A stretch of DNA of 64,000 nt from an uncultured Fidelibacterota bacterium (lineage in GTDB: Bacteria; Fidelibacterota; Marinisomatia; Marinisomatales; Marinisomataceae). Within the stretch, counting starts at the first letter, position 1; each line of letters starts with the position of its first letter. Shown here piece after piece: positions 63,482-64,000 of the stretch. The notes under the pieces were generated by a model. The model worked only from the letters and a program-made list of their open reading frames with translations. It was not told the DNA's origin and searched no databases. The stretch covers positions 349,282 through 413,281 of the forward strand of contig CABZHT010000001.1 of the NCBI GenBank assembly GCA_902525615.1, read 5' to 3'. A program made the translations under genes and the position numbers.

Positions 63482-64000
63482 ATGAAATTAATTATAATCA
63501 TTGTTTTAAGCTCATTTACATTAATGGCAAATAGTCAAAATGATCGTTTTGACTCCAAAGTAAAATATGAATATAACGTATATCTTGAAGTATTAAATCT
63601 AAAACTAGGGGAAGCTTCTTTGTCAGTAAAAGCTCCAGGAATTATAGATGGAATAAATGTTTACCACTTAAATTTTAATGTTCGTACTACTAAGTTGGGA
63701 GACACAATATATAAAATCCGAAATAAAATAGATGTTTGGGTTAACCAGGAAACTCTGAATGTAGTAAAGCAAAATAAAAATATAAGGGAGCTTCGAAAAA
63801 AGAAGAATTCTGAAACTATTATTAAAAATCAGAAAGGAATCACAAATGGTAAAGAATTTATTGTTAAAGACAACATTTTTGATCCATACTCACTAATATT
63901 AATTTTATCAGAATTTGATATACCAATTAATCAATCTAAAGAGTTTAATATCGTTGATGCTGGTAAAAGCAGGATAATAGAAATAAAAAATCTTGGTACT
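63482..64000 (+). CDS. Secreted protein, DUF3108-like, N-terminal 173 codons (3' end outside the window)
   Basis: Hand-translated: ATG 63482, MKLIIIIVLSSFTLMANSQ (signal peptide) then YEYNVYLEVLNLKLGEASLSV..., open to the window end. The DUF3108 call is from memory. Confidence 0.6.
   Translation, partial: MKLIIIIVLSSFTLMANSQNDRFDSKVKYEYNVYLEVLNLKLGEASLSVKAPGIIDGINVYHLNFNVRTTKLGDTIYKIRNKIDVWVNQETLNVVKQNKNIRELRKKKNSETIIKNQKGITNGKEFIVKDNIFDPYSLILILSEFDIPINQSKEFNIVDAGKSRIIEIKNLGT

Noticed and set aside
1-64000. Search for CRISPR arrays, IS elements or transposases, integrases, prophage genes, toxin-antitoxin pairs and known defence-system components
   Set aside because: I saw no direct-repeat or spacer periodicity and no DDE, tyrosine-recombinase or serine-recombinase motifs. 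I also saw no nuclease, helicase or ATPase clusters. Intergenic space totals only about 1.5 kb. The accessory content is glycan biosynthesis, not mobile or defence functions.

Overview
AT-rich, very gene-dense chromosomal segment: about 97% is coding, most neighbouring genes overlap by 1-50 nt, and most convergent gene pairs overlap at their stop codons. It appears to come from a streamlined, probably marine, Gram-negative bacterium. A CarboxypepD_reg-type TonB-dependent receptor, a long multi-SLBB Wza, FloA/NfeD and a 7TM-HD PgpH suggest an FCB-group or Marinimicrobia-like lineage, but that taxonomic call is low confidence. All product calls rest on motifs read from the supplied translations and recalled family signatures. 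No database search was possible.

Layout:
- 1-10.4 kb, housekeeping: EnvC-like fragment, hldC-like, mazG, ybeY, pgpH-like, fabH, an RNase P RNA missed by the ORF track, a COG1579 Zn-ribbon protein, and a SET-domain/metK/ahcY operon.
- 10.4-49.3 kb, a roughly 39 kb Wzx/Wzy-type surface-polysaccharide island. It holds heptose genes (two SIS isomerases, transaldolase, gmhB, hddA), gmd/fcl, many SDR and Gfo/Idh/MocA enzymes, GT2s, wzy, wzx, wzz, wza, a possible wzi, and a DegT aminotransferase. It is interrupted by a tRNA(CAU), a class IV aminotransferase, an M1 peptidase and gpmA.
- 49.5-64 kb, housekeeping again: TonB-dependent receptor, dnaG, cvpA, yqeY, a degenerate MTase-like gene, a DDAH-family enzyme, alkA-like, an esterase, coaE, adk, floA/nfeD, an lpxL-like gene, tsaC, and a DUF3108 fragment.

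No CRISPR array, transposase, integrase, prophage or recognisable defence genes were seen.

Best candidates for undescribed biology:
1. A seven-gene module at 23.9-29.2 kb. It pairs a NeuA/KdsB-family cytidylyltransferase with an HpcH/HpaI pyruvate aldolase, a 6-phosphogluconolactonase paralogue, a HAD phosphatase, a 2-hydroxyacid dehydrogenase and a DUF115 transferase, with no NeuB/KdsA-type synthase. This may be an aldolase-based route to a CMP-activated keto-sugar acid.
2. A tRNA-abutting, translationally coupled operon at 37.2-42.7 kb. It mixes a class IV aminotransferase, a sulfotransferase-like P-loop protein, an M1 lipoprotein peptidase, an outer-membrane protein, and an APS-kinase-like gene overlapping a minimal HxGH nucleotidyltransferase.
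3. Three tandem nucleotidyltransferase paralogues at 31.8-35.2 kb, one fused to HAD and one degenerate, next to a GDPD-like gene.
4. A minimal SET-domain methyltransferase translationally coupled to metK and ahcY.
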